From the NCBI GenBank assembly GCA_032160305.1, contig JAVHVY010000376.1, forward strand, positions 6,143-70,142: a stretch of 64,000 bases of DNA, read 5' to 3'. The position numbers were made by a program, and so were the translations under genes. The notes under the pieces were generated by a model, which made no database searches, had not been told where the DNA came from, and saw only the letters and a program-made list of their open reading frames with translations. Source of the DNA: Actinoplanes sp. (GTDB lineage: Bacteria; Actinomycetota; Actinomycetes; Mycobacteriales; Micromonosporaceae). This document shows positions 24,408 through 34,925 of this stretch, one piece after another; positions within the stretch are counted from its first letter, which is position 1; every line of letters begins with the position of its first letter.

Positions 24408-27008
24408 TTAGCTCAGCAGCCAGGTGTCCTTCGAGCCGCCGCCGCGGGAGGAATTGACGATCATGCTCCCGGCCGGGGCGACCCGGGTCAGGGCGGCGGG
24501 CGCCACCACGGACTGCTTGCCGGTGAAGACGAAGGCGCGCAGGTCGACGTGTCGGGGCGCCAGCTGGTGGCCGTCGAAGACCGGGAGGGTCGACAGGTCG
24601 ACCACCTCCTGGGCGACCCAGCGATGCGGCGCGGCCTGGATCTGGCGCCGGAGCGCCTGCAGGTCCTCGCGCGAGGCGTACGGCCCGATCACGATCCGGT
24701 CGCCGCCGTAGCCGTCGACCGGTTTGCAGACCAGCTCCTCGAGCCGGCTGAGCACCTCGGAACGCTGCTCGCGGATCCCGCACAGGTAGGTCGGCACGTC
24801 CGCCAGCAGCGGCTTCTCACCCAGGTAGTACTCGATCAGCTGGTGGACGAAGGCGTACACGGCCTTGTCGTCGCCGATGCCGTTGCCCAGCGCGTTGGCC
24901 AGCACGATCGTGTCCGCGTGCAGGGCCGCGACCAGGCTCGGCCCGAGCGGCATCCCGTCGGCGCCGGGGGAGTGCACCAGGCTGTCCTCGCCCATCCGTA
25001 GGTAGATCACGTCCACCTTGTGCTTGCGGCCGTTCTCCAGCCGGACGACGATCGCGTCGTCGACCAGCAGATCGGTGCTGCGGACCAGCGGGACGCCCAT
25101 CTCCTCGGCGAGCATCCGGTGCTCGAACCAGGCCGAATCGTCCGGGCCCTGGCTGAGCACGACCACCTTCGGCTCGTCGTCGGCGGCCGGTCCGGCCGCC
25201 TCGAGCAGGGCCTGCCTGAGCAGCGCCGGGGTGTCTTCGATGCTGAGCAGGCCGGCCGGGCGGGGCAGCTCGGGCAGCACCGCCTCGGCGAGCCGGCGGT
25301 TCTGCATCGCGTAGCCGATGCCGGACGGCACCCGCAGGTTGTCCTCCAGCACGCACCAGTTGCCGGCTCCGTCGCGAACCAGGTCGACGCCGGCCACCTG
25401 GGTCCGGACCCCGCTGCGCCGGACCAGCGCGCCGCTGGGCCGCAACTCGGGCGAGCCGTCGATGACCCACTCGGGCACGACGCCGTCGGCGACGACGACG
25501 CGCTCGTTGTAGACGTCGTTGACGAAGGCGTCGAGCGCCTTCACCCGCTGGATCAGCCCGGATTCGAGCTGCTCGCGGTCGCGGGCCGGGACGATCCGGG
25601 GTACCAGGTCGAAGGGGAACAGCCGGACGGCCGCCTCCCCGGCCACGCTGAAGGTGATCCCGCGGGCGCGCTGTTCGTCGGCCTTGGCGTCCTCGCGGCG
25701 GCGCAGGCCCGCCGGTCCCAGAGCATTCAGGACATTCACGATCCCCGCGTACGCCGGGTTCACCTCGCCGTCCGGGAAGGCCTCGTCGCCGGCCGCCGCA
25801 TAGGGGGTGAGCCTGCCGGGGATCGTCTGCCCGTGCGGGCCGATGCCGGTCGCCCCGCCCCGGGTGTCGGCGACCACCAGGTCGACGATGTCCGAGATGC
25901 GGCCCCGGCGCTGCATCTCGCGGCGCTGCCGGGCGGCTGAGCTGCCCCGGCTGAGCTGCTGCACGGACAGGTCGAAGACCTGCTCCCAGTCGCCCAGTTC
26001 TTCGAGCTGCGGGCGCAGATCGCCGACCAGCCGTTCGACGGCGACCGCGGCCGGGATCGGCACGGGCGAGCGGGGCAGGTCGAGCAGGTCGCCCTCCAGG
26101 CCGGAACGGGCGGCGCGCCACATCGCCGCCCGGTGCAGCGGCGGCCGGGTCGCCCCGATCGGCTTGCCGGCCCGGTAATCCTGGCGGGCCCGCAGCACCA
26201 GGCCGCGGAACAGCCCGGCCAGCAGCACGACCGTGTCCGCGTCCGGGCTGGAGTCGGTGACCCGCAGCTCGACCGTGGGCAGGTGCGCGGAGGGGCGCAC
26301 GTCGAAGTAGATCATCTTCGGGTCGGTGATGGTGCCCGAGGCGATCAGGTCGGCGACCAGGGCGTCGTGGTCGGCGGCCGAGGTCACCTCGCCGCTGTCC
26401 CCGGCCGTGGGCCAGCGCATCCAGATCAGCGACCGGGTGCTGGCGTAGCCGGAGTCCTCACCCATCCAGTACGGCGAGCTGGCCGACAGGGCGAGCAGCA
26501 CCGGCAGCGCGGGCATCACCCGCTGGGCCACCGCGACGGCCTCGTCGGGGTCGGGGATGCCGACGTGCACCTGGGCGCCGCAGATCAACTGCTCGCGGAC
26601 CAGCAGCTGGTAGTCGTCCAGCATCCGGCGGTAGCGGGAGGTCGGGGTGACCGGCAGTGAGTCGAGGTCGACCAGTGGGACGGTGCCTGCGGCGACCAGC
26701 CCGAGCCCGAGCGATTCGGCGACACCGATGGCCCGCCGGCGCAGCTCGACGATCCCGTCCCGCAGGCCGTCCAGCGTCGCCGCGACCGGGGTGTTCGTCT
26801 CGACCACCGACCGGTGCAGCTCCGCCGAGTAATTGGCCTGGTCCAGCTGGTCGAGGATCTCGGGGGCGCGGGGTACGAGCTCCCGGGTGCGGAGGTCGAC
26901 GACGTGCAGTTCTTCCTCGACGCCGAGGGTCAGATCGGTGCTGAGATCGCTGCCTGCCTCCTCCGTTCCATCGCCCTCTGTGATCCTGAGTGACTCCGTC
27001 ATTACCAA
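24408..27008 (-). CDS. YbdK/GCS2 carboxylate-amine ligase fused to a circularly permuted type 2 ATP-grasp domain
   Basis: N-terminal LGVEEELHVVD, QLICGAQVHVG, DVRPSAHLPTVELR. C-terminal VLEDNLRVPSGIGY, NALGNG, KPVDGYGG, HVDLRAF, VNSSRGGGSKDTW. Confidence 0.92.
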   Translation of the reverse strand: MVMTESLRITEGDGTEEAGSDLSTDLTLGVEEELHVVDLRTRELVPRAPEILDQLDQANYSAELHRSVVETNTPVAATLDGLRDGIVELRRRAIGVAESLGLGLVAAGTVPLVDLDSLPVTPTSRYRRMLDDYQLLVREQLICGAQVHVGIPDPDEAVAVAQRVMPALPVLLALSASSPYWMGEDSGYASTRSLIWMRWPTAGDSGEVTSAADHDALVADLIASGTITDPKMIYFDVRPSAHLPTVELRVTDSSPDADTVVLLAGLFRGLVLRARQDYRAGKPIGATRPPLHRAAMWRAARSGLEGDLLDLPRSPVPIPAAVAVERLVGDLRPQLEELGDWEQVFDLSVQQLSRGSSAARQRREMQRRGRISDIVDLVVADTRGGATGIGPHGQTIPGRLTPYAAAGDEAFPDGEVNPAYAGIVNVLNALGPAGLRRREDAKADEQRARGITFSVAGEAAVRLFPFDLVPRIVPARDREQLESGLIQRVKALDAFVNDVYNERVVVADGVVPEWVIDGSPELRPSGALVRRSGVRTQVAGVDLVRDGAGNWCVLEDNLRVPSGIGYAMQNRRLAEAVLPELPRPAGLLSIEDTPALLRQALLEAAGPAADDEPKVVVLSQGPDDSAWFEHRMLAEEMGVPLVRSTDLLVDDAIVVRLENGRKHKVDVIYLRMGEDSLVHSPGADGMPLGPSLVAALHADTIVLANALGNGIGDDKAVYAFVHQLIEYYLGEKPLLADVPTYLCGIREQRSEVLSRLEELVCKPVDGYGGDRIVIGPYASREDLQALRRQIQAAPHRWVAQEVVDLSTLPVFDGHQLAPRHVDLRAFVFTGKQSVVAPAALTRVAPAGSMIVNSSRGGGSKDTWLLS

Positions 27009-27484
27009 GACCGCCTATGTCGTCGTCCAGTTGCCCGGAGCCTTGTCGGCTCGTGTGCCGAAACTGTCACGCGCCCATCTCGGCAATCGACCAAGCATGT
27101 CGATCGTGACACACGTTCCGATGAACATCAGTGCATGACGATTTCCGTCCGGAGCGCAACATTACGGATCGTGGTGGCCCGCTGCGCCGAAAGTGATGAA
27201 CCCTCCCAGTGTGCTCCGCCACGGCGTCGGCCGAACGGCCAGTCGGCGGGTGCCGCGACGCATCTATGCACGAACGGGCCAGCGAAAGGTGACGAAAAAG
27301 CCCGTAGACTGCAATTCGCCGGGTGCCGGACAGCGGTTCGGACGGGCGCCCCGCGACGGAGGGGTGGCGCGTGCCGAGCGTCGATCCGATGGTCCGGCCC
27401 GGCGAGGTCGTTCTCGTGGGGCCATCCGCGAGAAGATCGCATACTTCCGGTCGCTCGATCCGGTCGGTGCGGGAGAATAGCCCG

Positions 27485-27880
27485 GTGGCCAGACCCCGGA
27501 GCACGAACGCCTGCCCGTGCGGGCTCGGCCAGCCGTACGACGAGTGCTGCGGGCCGGCGCACCGCGGCCAGCCCCCGGTCAGCGCCGAGGCCCTGATGCG
27601 TTCCCGCTATGCCGCCTTCGCCCTCGACGACACGGCGTACGTGCTCAGCTCGTGGCATCCGGACACCCGGCCGGCGTCCGTCGAGTCCGATCCCGACCTG
27701 CGCTGGGTCGGTCTCGACCTGCTCGTCACCAGCGGCGGCGGGATGTTTGACACCGAGGGCGTCGTCGAGTTCGTGGCGCACTTCCGCGACGGCGGCCGGG
27801 CGGGCGAGATGCGCGAGGTGAGCCGCTTCGTGCGGCACGCCGGCCGTTGGGTCTACTGGGGCCCGCTGATCAGCGGTTAG
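27485..27880 (+). CDS. YchJ / SEC-C motif protein
   Basis: CPCG...[35 protein letters not shown]...WVY; GTG 27485 with RBS GGGAG. Confidence 0.88.
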   Translation: MARPRSTNACPCGLGQPYDECCGPAHRGQPPVSAEALMRSRYAAFALDDTAYVLSSWHPDTRPASVESDPDLRWVGLDLLVTSGGGMFDTEGVVEFVAHFRDGGRAGEMREVSRFVRHAGRWVYWGPLISG

Positions 27881-27939
27881 CGCCCGGGTGTGCTGCAGTG
27901 GTCACCGGATCATCGTCGAACGTCAGGCAGGAGCGGTCA

Positions 27940-28797
27940 ATGTCGACCAGTCACCAGCGGCCGATCGAGGACGGCATCGTCCGCGACTTCAAGGTCAATC
28001 TCTCCTACGGCGGCTATCTGCACCTGGACGAGATCCTGTCGGCGCAGCACCCGGTCAGCGTGCCCGCGCACCACGACGAGCTGCTCTTCATCCTCCAGCA
28101 CCAGACCTCCGAACTGTGGCTCAAGCTCGTCCTGCACGAACTGCGCGCGGTGCAGCGCCAGCTCGCCGCCGACGAACTGCGGCCGGCGTTGAAGGGCCTG
28201 GCCCGGGTCAAACACATCCAGCGCACCCTGACCGAGCAGTGGTCGGTGCTGGCCACCCTGACCCCGAGCGAGTACGCCGAGTTCCGCAGCTTCCTCGGCA
28301 CGTCGTCGGGCTTCCAGTCGTACCAGTACCGGGCGGTCGAGTTCATGCTCGGCAACAAGGACGAACGGATGCTCTCGATCTTCGACGACGATCCGCGGGC
28401 CGGCGCGCTGCTGAGCGAGGCTCTGGAAGCGCCGAGCGTCTACGACGAGTTCCTGCGCTACCTCGCCCGGCACGGCCATCCGGTGCCCGTGGAGCTGCTG
28501 CAGCGCGACGTGCGGCTGCCGTATCAGTACAACGCCGACCTGGTTCCCGTCTTCCGGCACATCTACGAGAACGCGGAGCAGCACTGGGCGGCGTACGAGG
28601 CGTGTGAGGAACTGGTCGACCTGGAGGAGAACTTCCAGTTGTGGCGGTTCCGGCACCTCAAGACCGTGGAGCGGACCATCGGCGTACGGCGGGGGACCGG
28701 CGGATCGAGCGGCGTCGCCTTCCTGCGCGCGGCCCTGGACCTGACCTTCTTCCCCGAGCTGTACGCCGTCCGCACCGAGATCGGAGTGCCCCGTTGA
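27940..28797 (+). CDS. kynA: Tryptophan 2,3-dioxygenase
   Basis: [47 protein letters not shown]...GTGGSSG. Confidence 0.95.
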   Translation: MSTSHQRPIEDGIVRDFKVNLSYGGYLHLDEILSAQHPVSVPAHHDELLFILQHQTSELWLKLVLHELRAVQRQLAADELRPALKGLARVKHIQRTLTEQWSVLATLTPSEYAEFRSFLGTSSGFQSYQYRAVEFMLGNKDERMLSIFDDDPRAGALLSEALEAPSVYDEFLRYLARHGHPVPVELLQRDVRLPYQYNADLVPVFRHIYENAEQHWAAYEACEELVDLEENFQLWRFRHLKTVERTIGVRRGTGGSSGVAFLRAALDLTFFPELYAVRTEIGVPR

Positions 28798-30023
28798 CCG
28801 ACGACCTGCTCGACCGGGCCCGGGCCCTGGACGCGGCCGACCCGCTCGCCGGGTACCGGGAGCAGTTCATCACCCCGCCCGACTTCGACGTGATCTCCTA
28901 CCTGGACGGTAATTCCCTCGGCCGCCCGCTGGAGGCGACCGCCCGGCTGCTCGACGACTTCGTCCGCCGCCAGTGGGCGGGCCGGCTGATCCGCGGCTGG
29001 ACGGACGGCTGGATGCAGTGGCCGCTGCGGCTCGGCGACCGGCTCGGCGAGGTGGCGCTGGGCGCCGCCCCGGGCCAGGTCGTGGTGGCCGACTCGACCA
29101 CGGTGCTGCTCTACAAGATGGCCCGGGCGGCCGTCGACGCGCGGCCCGGCCGGCGCAGGATCGTGCTCGACACCGACAACTTCCCGACCGACCGCTATAT
29201 CATCGAGGCGATCGCGGCCGAGCGCGGGCTGAGCCTGGTCTGGATCGAGACCGACCCGGCCGCCGGGATCCGGCCCGGCCAGGTCGCCGACGCGGTCGGC
29301 GAGGACACCGCGCTGGTGCTCTTCAGCCAGGTGGCGTACCGGTCGGGGTGGCTGGCGGACGCGCCGGAGATCACCCGGATCGCGCACGCCGCCGGGGCGC
29401 TGATGCTGTGGGACCTGAGCCATTCGGTCGGCTCGGTGCCGCTGGCGCTGGACGACTGGGGCGTCGACATCGCGGTGGGCTGCACGTACAAATACCTCAA
29501 CGGCGGCCCCGGCGCGCCGGCCTTCGCCTATCTGCGCGCCGCGCTGCAGTCCGAGGTGCGTCAGCCGATCTGGGGCTGGATGGGGCACCGGGCCTCGTTC
29601 GAGATGGGCCCGGGCCACGAGCCGGCGCCGGGGGTCCGGGCGCTACTCAGCGGCACCCCGCCGATCCTCGCGATGGTCCCGCTGGAGGCCAACCTGGACA
29701 TGCTCGCGGCCGCCGGGATCGGCGCGGTCCGGGCCAAATCCGAGAAGCTGACCGGGTACGCCCTGGAGCTGGCCGACCGCTGGCTGGCGCCACTCGGCGT
29801 GCAGGTGGCCGGCCCCCGCGAGCCGTACCGCCGGGGCGGGCACATCACGCTGCGCCGCCCCGGCTTCGAGCAGCTCCTCGAACCGTTGTGGCAGCGGGGC
29901 GTGTTCCCCGACTACCGCCGTCCGGACGGGCTGCGGATCGGGCCGGCCCCGCTGAGCACCAGTTTCACCGAGCTGCACCGCGGCCTCGCCACCCTGCGCG
30001 ACCTGCTGGCGGAGCATCGGTGA
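28794..30023 (+). CDS. kynU: Kynureninase (PLP-dependent)
   Basis: [36 protein letters not shown]; TTG start overlaps the kynA stop. Confidence 0.93.
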   Translation: MTDDLLDRARALDAADPLAGYREQFITPPDFDVISYLDGNSLGRPLEATARLLDDFVRRQWAGRLIRGWTDGWMQWPLRLGDRLGEVALGAAPGQVVVADSTTVLLYKMARAAVDARPGRRRIVLDTDNFPTDRYIIEAIAAERGLSLVWIETDPAAGIRPGQVADAVGEDTALVLFSQVAYRSGWLADAPEITRIAHAAGALMLWDLSHSVGSVPLALDDWGVDIAVGCTYKYLNGGPGAPAFAYLRAALQSEVRQPIWGWMGHRASFEMGPGHEPAPGVRALLSGTPPILAMVPLEANLDMLAAAGIGAVRAKSEKLTGYALELADRWLAPLGVQVAGPREPYRRGGHITLRRPGFEQLLEPLWQRGVFPDYRRPDGLRIGPAPLSTSFTELHRGLATLRDLLAEHR

Positions 30024-31009
30024 TCGTCGCCGACAGCCTGTGGTGGGGTGGCCGGCTGCACACCGGCGTGGCCCTGGCCGGCCGCCGGATCGTGCCGGTG
30101 GCCGAGATCCCGCCCGATACGCCGGTCCGGCGGCTGCCCGGGACGGTGCTGCCCGGGCTGGTCGACGCCCACGTGCACTCCGCGCTGGTCGCGCTGGGCA
30201 CGCTGCGGGCCGCCGGGATCGCGGCGGTCTGGGATCTGGGCGGGGCGCCGGCCCGGGTGCGCGCCCTGAGCAAGCGCCCGGACCTGCCCCGGATGCGCTA
30301 CGCGGGTCCGTTCCTGATCGCGCCCGGCGGCTATCCGAGCGACCGCTCCTGGGCCCCGGCCGGGAGCTGCCGGGAGATCCACTCGGCCGCGGACGCCGCC
30401 GACGCCGTCGGGGAGGCGCACGCGGCCGGCGCGACGCTCATCAAGGCGACCGCCCACGCGGGCGGCCCGCTGCTGCCGGCGCGGACCCTGGCCGCCCTGG
30501 TCGGGGCGGCGCACGCGGGTGGGCTGCCGGTAGTCGTGCACGCTGAAGGGCCCGGCACCGTCGCGGCCGCCTACGAGGCGGGCGCCGACCTGCTGGCGCA
30601 CACCCCGTGGACCGAGGTGGCCGACGCGGCCCTGGTCCGGGACTGTGCCGCGCGGATGACCTGGATCAGCACCCTCGACATCCACGGGTGGGGGTCGCCG
30701 ACCCCGGCCCGGGCCACCGCGATCGGCAACCTGCGGTGTTTCCGGGAGCATGGCGGAGCGGTCCGTTACGGCACCGACCTGGGTAACGGCCCGTTGCCGC
30801 CGGGCGTCAACGCCCGGGAGATCCGGGCGCTGCTGGAGGCGGGCCTGAGCCCGGCGGAGATCATCGCGGCGATGACCGAGGACGATCAGGACGAGCTGGG
30901 CTGGATTCCGGGTGGGCTGGGCGACGATCCGGCGACCTTCGCCGACGAGCTGGCCACCGCCCGGGTGCTCGGGCCGCCGGTCGGCCCCGGGTGTGAGCTC
31001 AAAAGCTGA
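30020..31009 (+). CDS. Metal-dependent amidohydrolase (TIM barrel)
   Basis: PGLVDAHVH, IKAT, VVVHAEG, LAHTP, YGTDLGN give a full metal-ligand set; GTGA overlap with the kynU stop. Confidence 0.85.
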   Translation: MIVADSLWWGGRLHTGVALAGRRIVPVAEIPPDTPVRRLPGTVLPGLVDAHVHSALVALGTLRAAGIAAVWDLGGAPARVRALSKRPDLPRMRYAGPFLIAPGGYPSDRSWAPAGSCREIHSAADAADAVGEAHAAGATLIKATAHAGGPLLPARTLAALVGAAHAGGLPVVVHAEGPGTVAAAYEAGADLLAHTPWTEVADAALVRDCAARMTWISTLDIHGWGSPTPARATAIGNLRCFREHGGAVRYGTDLGNGPLPPGVNAREIRALLEAGLSPAEIIAAMTEDDQDELGWIPGGLGDDPATFADELATARVLGPPVGPGCELKS

Positions 31010-32012
31010 CGGTCTCCCCGGTCGTCGCGCTGACCCGGGCCGCGTCCAGCACGTCCATCGTCCGGACCGCGTCCCACGGGTCGACGGGGACGGGCCCCGC
31101 GCCGCTGATCGCCGCCGCGAAGGCCGGGTAGAACGTGTCCCACCGGCCGCGCTCGCTGCGTACCGGGGCGAGCGTCGCGCCCCGGTAGAGCCGGCCCCAG
31201 GCGTGCTCGGGCTCGGCGCCCCAGCGCTCGCCCAGGTCCGCCGGCGACCGGCCCGCCTTCAGGGCCGCCTCCTGACCGTCCAACCCGTCCACGATGAACG
31301 AGCCGGTGGTGCCGGTCACCCGCAGCCGCGGGCCCGGCGCGGCCTGCCGCCAGCTGCCGGTCAGGTGCGACTCCACGCCGTTCAGGTGGTGCAACGCCAC
31401 GAAGAACTCGTCCTCGAGCTCAGTGCCGCCGTGCAACTCCGCGTAGAGCCGGTCGGCCGGGCCGAAGAGCAGCATGGCCTGGTCCACCAGGTGCGAGCCG
31501 AAGTCGAGCAGGGTCCCGCCGCCGGAGCCGGGCATCTGCCGGGCCGGGTCCCAGCGTTCGAGCCGGGACTCGAACCGCCGGACCTCGCCCAGCGTGCCCG
31601 CGCCGATCAGCCGGCGGACGGTGAGCAGGTCCGAATCCCAGCGGCGGTTCTGGTAGACGGTCAACAGCACGCCCGCCTCGCCGGCCAGCGTGACGACCTC
31701 CCGGGCCGCCTCAGCGTCCAGGGCGAACGGCTTGTCCACGACCACCGCCAGGCCCAGCGCGATCGCCTCGCGGGCCAGCTCGGCATGCGTCGCCGCCGGA
31801 GTCGTCACGGTGACACCCTGCACGCCCGCGGCGGCCAGCTCGGCCAGCGAGTCGAACGCGGCCACCCCGGGATGATCTTTCTTCAGAACGGCCCGGCGCT
31901 CCGCCGACCGGGTCACCACCCCGACGAATTCCACGTCGGGTGCCGACGCGATCAACGGGGCGTGAAAGATCCGCCCGCCCGAGCCGTAACCGACCACTCC
32001 CCAGCGCACCAT
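30999..32012 (-). CDS. Gfo/Idh/MocA family oxidoreductase
   Basis: GVVGYGSGG, VVVDKPF, YQNRRWD, LLDFGSHLVD. Confidence 0.9.
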   Translation of the reverse strand: MVRWGVVGYGSGGRIFHAPLIASAPDVEFVGVVTRSAERRAVLKKDHPGVAAFDSLAELAAAGVQGVTVTTPAATHAELAREAIALGLAVVVDKPFALDAEAAREVVTLAGEAGVLLTVYQNRRWDSDLLTVRRLIGAGTLGEVRRFESRLERWDPARQMPGSGGGTLLDFGSHLVDQAMLLFGPADRLYAELHGGTELEDEFFVALHHLNGVESHLTGSWRQAAPGPRLRVTGTTGSFIVDGLDGQEAALKAGRSPADLGERWGAEPEHAWGRLYRGATLAPVRSERGRWDTFYPAFAAAISGAGPVPVDPWDAVRTMDVLDAARVSATTGETVSF

Positions 32013-32124
32013 GGTCGAGAGTCTACGACTGGGCCATTGGACGAGAACGCGCTCCGCGAGCTACGGTCGGCCTCCGTCAGCCCCGGGCCACCGCCATGAC
32101 CCCGAGTCACCAGGTGGTCGGCCC

Positions 32125-33255
32125 ATGCACACCCGTCGCGCCCTTCTCGGCGCCGCTTTCGCCACCGTCGCGGCCGTCCCGCTGGCCGCCCTCGTCCGCG
32201 CGAACGCCGCCACCGCCCTGTCCCTGCGGGTCACCAACAACACCGGCGCGTTCGGCGACAACGAGATCTTCCTCTACCTCGTCGGCACCAATCTGGATAC
32301 CGGGCGGCAGGGCCACGTCAGCGCCGACGGCGTCTTCCGCGAGGCGTCCCCCGCCGACAACAACCAGTCCGACGGCTTCGCCGACCTGTCGATCCCGTTG
32401 ACCGGCAACCCGATCTCGCTGCCGCACATGTCGGGCCGGGTCTACTTCTCGCTCGGCGCCAAGCTGAAGTTCAAGGTCGTCGGCGCCAACGCGCTGCAGC
32501 ACCCGGCCGGCTGGGTCGCCACCGATCCCAGCTTCGGCGTGCTCTACGACGTCGTCGAGTTCACGTTCAACGGCGCCGGGATGTTCTGCAACACCACCAG
32601 CGTCGACATGTTCAGCGTCCCCGCGGACATCACGCTGACCGGGACCAGGACGCAGACGACCGGGGCGCTCAAGCCGGGTGCCCGGGCGGCCATCTTCGCG
32701 GCCATCAAGCAGATTCCGGGGTTCGCGCCGCTGATCGTGGCCGACCGCCGGGTGATCGCGCCCGGTCACGGGCTGGAAGCGGGCCTGTTCGCGGCCGATT
32801 TCTACGACTCCTACGTCGACCAGGTGCTGGCACGCTACGCCGGGACGGACCTGCGGATCGTCGCCAATGCCCGCACTTTCACCGGCCGCGTCGCCGGGGG
32901 CACGTTCACCTTCGACAACGGCGCCGCCCCGATGGCCCGGCCGAGCACCCGCGACATCCTCTTCTGCGACGGTGCGCTGGCCGCGCCGAACGACGGGATC
33001 ACCGGGCCGGTCGCGGCGGTGCTGGGTGCGGCGTACAACCGGTCGACGCTGCTGACCAGCGCCGACCAGCCGGCCACCGACCCGGCCGGCTTCTACCCGG
33101 ACGCCGTCACCAACCACTACAGCCGCGTGCTGCACGACAACTACCAGGACGGAAAGGTCTACGGGTTCGCCTTCGACGACGTGGCCGACTTCGCCTCGTT
33201 CATCCAGGACAGCGCGCCGACCTCGGTCACGCTGAACCTGTCGCCCTTCGCCTGA
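32125..33255 (+). CDS. Tat-secreted beta-1,3-glucanase, GH64
   Basis: Twin-arginine signal MHTRRALL; MSGRVYFS, VEFTFN, NTTSVDMF, TNHYSR, YGFAFDDV. Confidence 0.9.
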   Translation: MHTRRALLGAAFATVAAVPLAALVRANAATALSLRVTNNTGAFGDNEIFLYLVGTNLDTGRQGHVSADGVFREASPADNNQSDGFADLSIPLTGNPISLPHMSGRVYFSLGAKLKFKVVGANALQHPAGWVATDPSFGVLYDVVEFTFNGAGMFCNTTSVDMFSVPADITLTGTRTQTTGALKPGARAAIFAAIKQIPGFAPLIVADRRVIAPGHGLEAGLFAADFYDSYVDQVLARYAGTDLRIVANARTFTGRVAGGTFTFDNGAAPMARPSTRDILFCDGALAAPNDGITGPVAAVLGAAYNRSTLLTSADQPATDPAGFYPDAVTNHYSRVLHDNYQDGKVYGFAFDDVADFASFIQDSAPTSVTLNLSPFA

Positions 33256-33283
33256 GCGGCCCCACCCCGGCCGGCCGGTGGGC

Positions 33284-33445
33284 ATGGGCAAGGAGAACGT
33301 CGAGGAGTTCGGCGCCGCCGCGGCGGGGGAACCGGCGCTGACCGCGTTCCTGGCCGACGCGGTGAGCGAGCTGGCCCACGTGCAGGCTGCTCAGATCTCG
33401 GCCGCCACGGGCGATCTGGCCGAGCTGACCTCGGACGATGGCTGA
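33284..33445 (+). CDS. Small acidic hypothetical ORF, 53 aa, possibly a remnant
   Basis: MGKENVEEFGAAAAGEPALTAFLADAVSELAHVQAAQISAATGDLAELTSDDG; mostly G/C third positions; no recognised family. Confidence 0.3.
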   Translation: MGKENVEEFGAAAAGEPALTAFLADAVSELAHVQAAQISAATGDLAELTSDDG

Positions 33446-33559
33446 CGAGCTCCTGGTCCGGGCCGGTGATCTCTGAGCCGCTTTCGGCGAGTGGGCCGGG
33501 CGAGAGACCGATCACTTCGGCTGTTACCGGGTGGCCGCAGGAGGCAGTCTGAGAGCGAG

Positions 33560-34807
33560 ATGAGTTCCCGCAAATTCGCCGCGCTGCGCAACCCCGACTG
33601 CCGTCCGTACCTGTTCGGGGCCGGGCTCGCGATGATGGCCGACAACGTTGAGCACGTCATCACCTACTGGGTGCTGTGGCAGAAGTTCCATTCGCCCGCG
33701 CTGGCCGGCTTCCAGGTGATCAGCCACTGGGTGCCGTTCCTGCTGTTCTCGGTGTACTTCGGGTCGCTGGCCGACCGGTTCGACTGCCGCCGGGTGATCC
33801 AGGTCGCGCAGGGCCTCTTCATGCTCGTCTCGGCCGCCTGGGGTGTGCTCTTCCTGGCCGGCTCGCTGCGCGTCTGGGAGGCCTGCCTGCTGTTGGTGCT
33901 GCACGGGCTGGCCGGGTCGCTGTGGGGTCCCGGCGAGCAACTGATGCTGCACGACTTCGTCGGCGACGAGAACCTGCCCAGCGCGGTCCGGCTGAACGCC
34001 ACCTTCAAGAGCCTGGGCATCCTGTTCGGGCCGGTGGTCGGCTCGGTGCTGCTGCTCGGGCTGGGCCCGACCGCCGGGATCTTCGCCAACATCGCGATCT
34101 ACCTGCCGCTGACGCTCTTCCTGTTCCGGACGACGTTCACCGGGCACACCCGCAACGGCGACGTGCGCGGGGAGCGGCTCACCGTGGTCGACGCGGTGCG
34201 GGTGCTCCGGCAGGTCGGCGCCAACCACACCCTGGTCAGCATGATCATCCTGGGCGGGCTGGGCTCGTTCTTCATCGGGGCGTCGATGCAGTCGTCGATG
34301 CCGATCTTCGCCGCGGATCTGGGCTCGGCCGGCGCGGGCACGGCGTACGGGGTACTGCTGTTCGCCAACGGCGCGGGCGGGGTGCTCGGCGGCATCCTGC
34401 TGGAGGCGACCGGCTGGGTGAAACCGAACGTGTTCGCGGCCGTGGTCAGCACCGGGATCTACGGCCTGACCACGGTGTTCTTCGCCGCCACGACGAGTTA
34501 CCCGTTGGCACTGCTGGCGCTGGTCATCGGCGGCGTGGCCAACCTGGCGTCGATGTCGATCGGCCAGACCGTGGTCCAGCTGCTCGCGCCGCCGGCCGAC
34601 CGGGGCCGGGTGATCGGCGTCTACGGCATGTCCGCCAGCGGGCTGCGCTTCGGCAGCGGGATCACGGTCGGCCTGTTCGGGGCGGTGGTCGGCATCCACT
34701 GGTCGCTCGGCCTCAGCGCCGCCGCGCTGTGCGTGGGCACCGTGCTGGCCGGCGTCTACGCGCGGGGCGGTCGCCGGTCCCGCTCAGCCGTGGACAGCCG
34801 CGGCTAG
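33560..34807 (+). CDS. MFS transporter
   Basis: About 12 TM segments; motif A GSLADRFDCRR; NLPSAVRLN; RGRVIGVY. Confidence 0.88.
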   Translation: MSSRKFAALRNPDCRPYLFGAGLAMMADNVEHVITYWVLWQKFHSPALAGFQVISHWVPFLLFSVYFGSLADRFDCRRVIQVAQGLFMLVSAAWGVLFLAGSLRVWEACLLLVLHGLAGSLWGPGEQLMLHDFVGDENLPSAVRLNATFKSLGILFGPVVGSVLLLGLGPTAGIFANIAIYLPLTLFLFRTTFTGHTRNGDVRGERLTVVDAVRVLRQVGANHTLVSMIILGGLGSFFIGASMQSSMPIFAADLGSAGAGTAYGVLLFANGAGGVLGGILLEATGWVKPNVFAAVVSTGIYGLTTVFFAATTSYPLALLALVIGGVANLASMSIGQTVVQLLAPPADRGRVIGVYGMSASGLRFGSGITVGLFGAVVGIHWSLGLSAAALCVGTVLAGVYARGGRRSRSAVDSRG

Positions 34808-34925
34808 CCCGACCCGGTCCTTACCCCCTCGGCCTTCGCCGGGTACATCGCCAGGTCGGCGCGGCGCGGCCTCGCGGGTGCAGACCAGTTGCCCGGGTTG
34901 AGCGTTGCCTTCAGCCGCTGAGCCT

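Noticed and set aside
22542-27008. Canonical NAGGN biosynthesis cluster
   Set aside because: The GNAT-ATP-grasp synthetase is absent from the window. The neighbour is a GCS2-CP-ATP-grasp fusion with no acetyltransferase domain.
32013-32124. GAGAGCGCTCTC operator shared by GH64 and the proteases
   Set aside because: Only GAGAACGCGCTC is present, which is not palindromic. Co-regulation is unsupported from this window.
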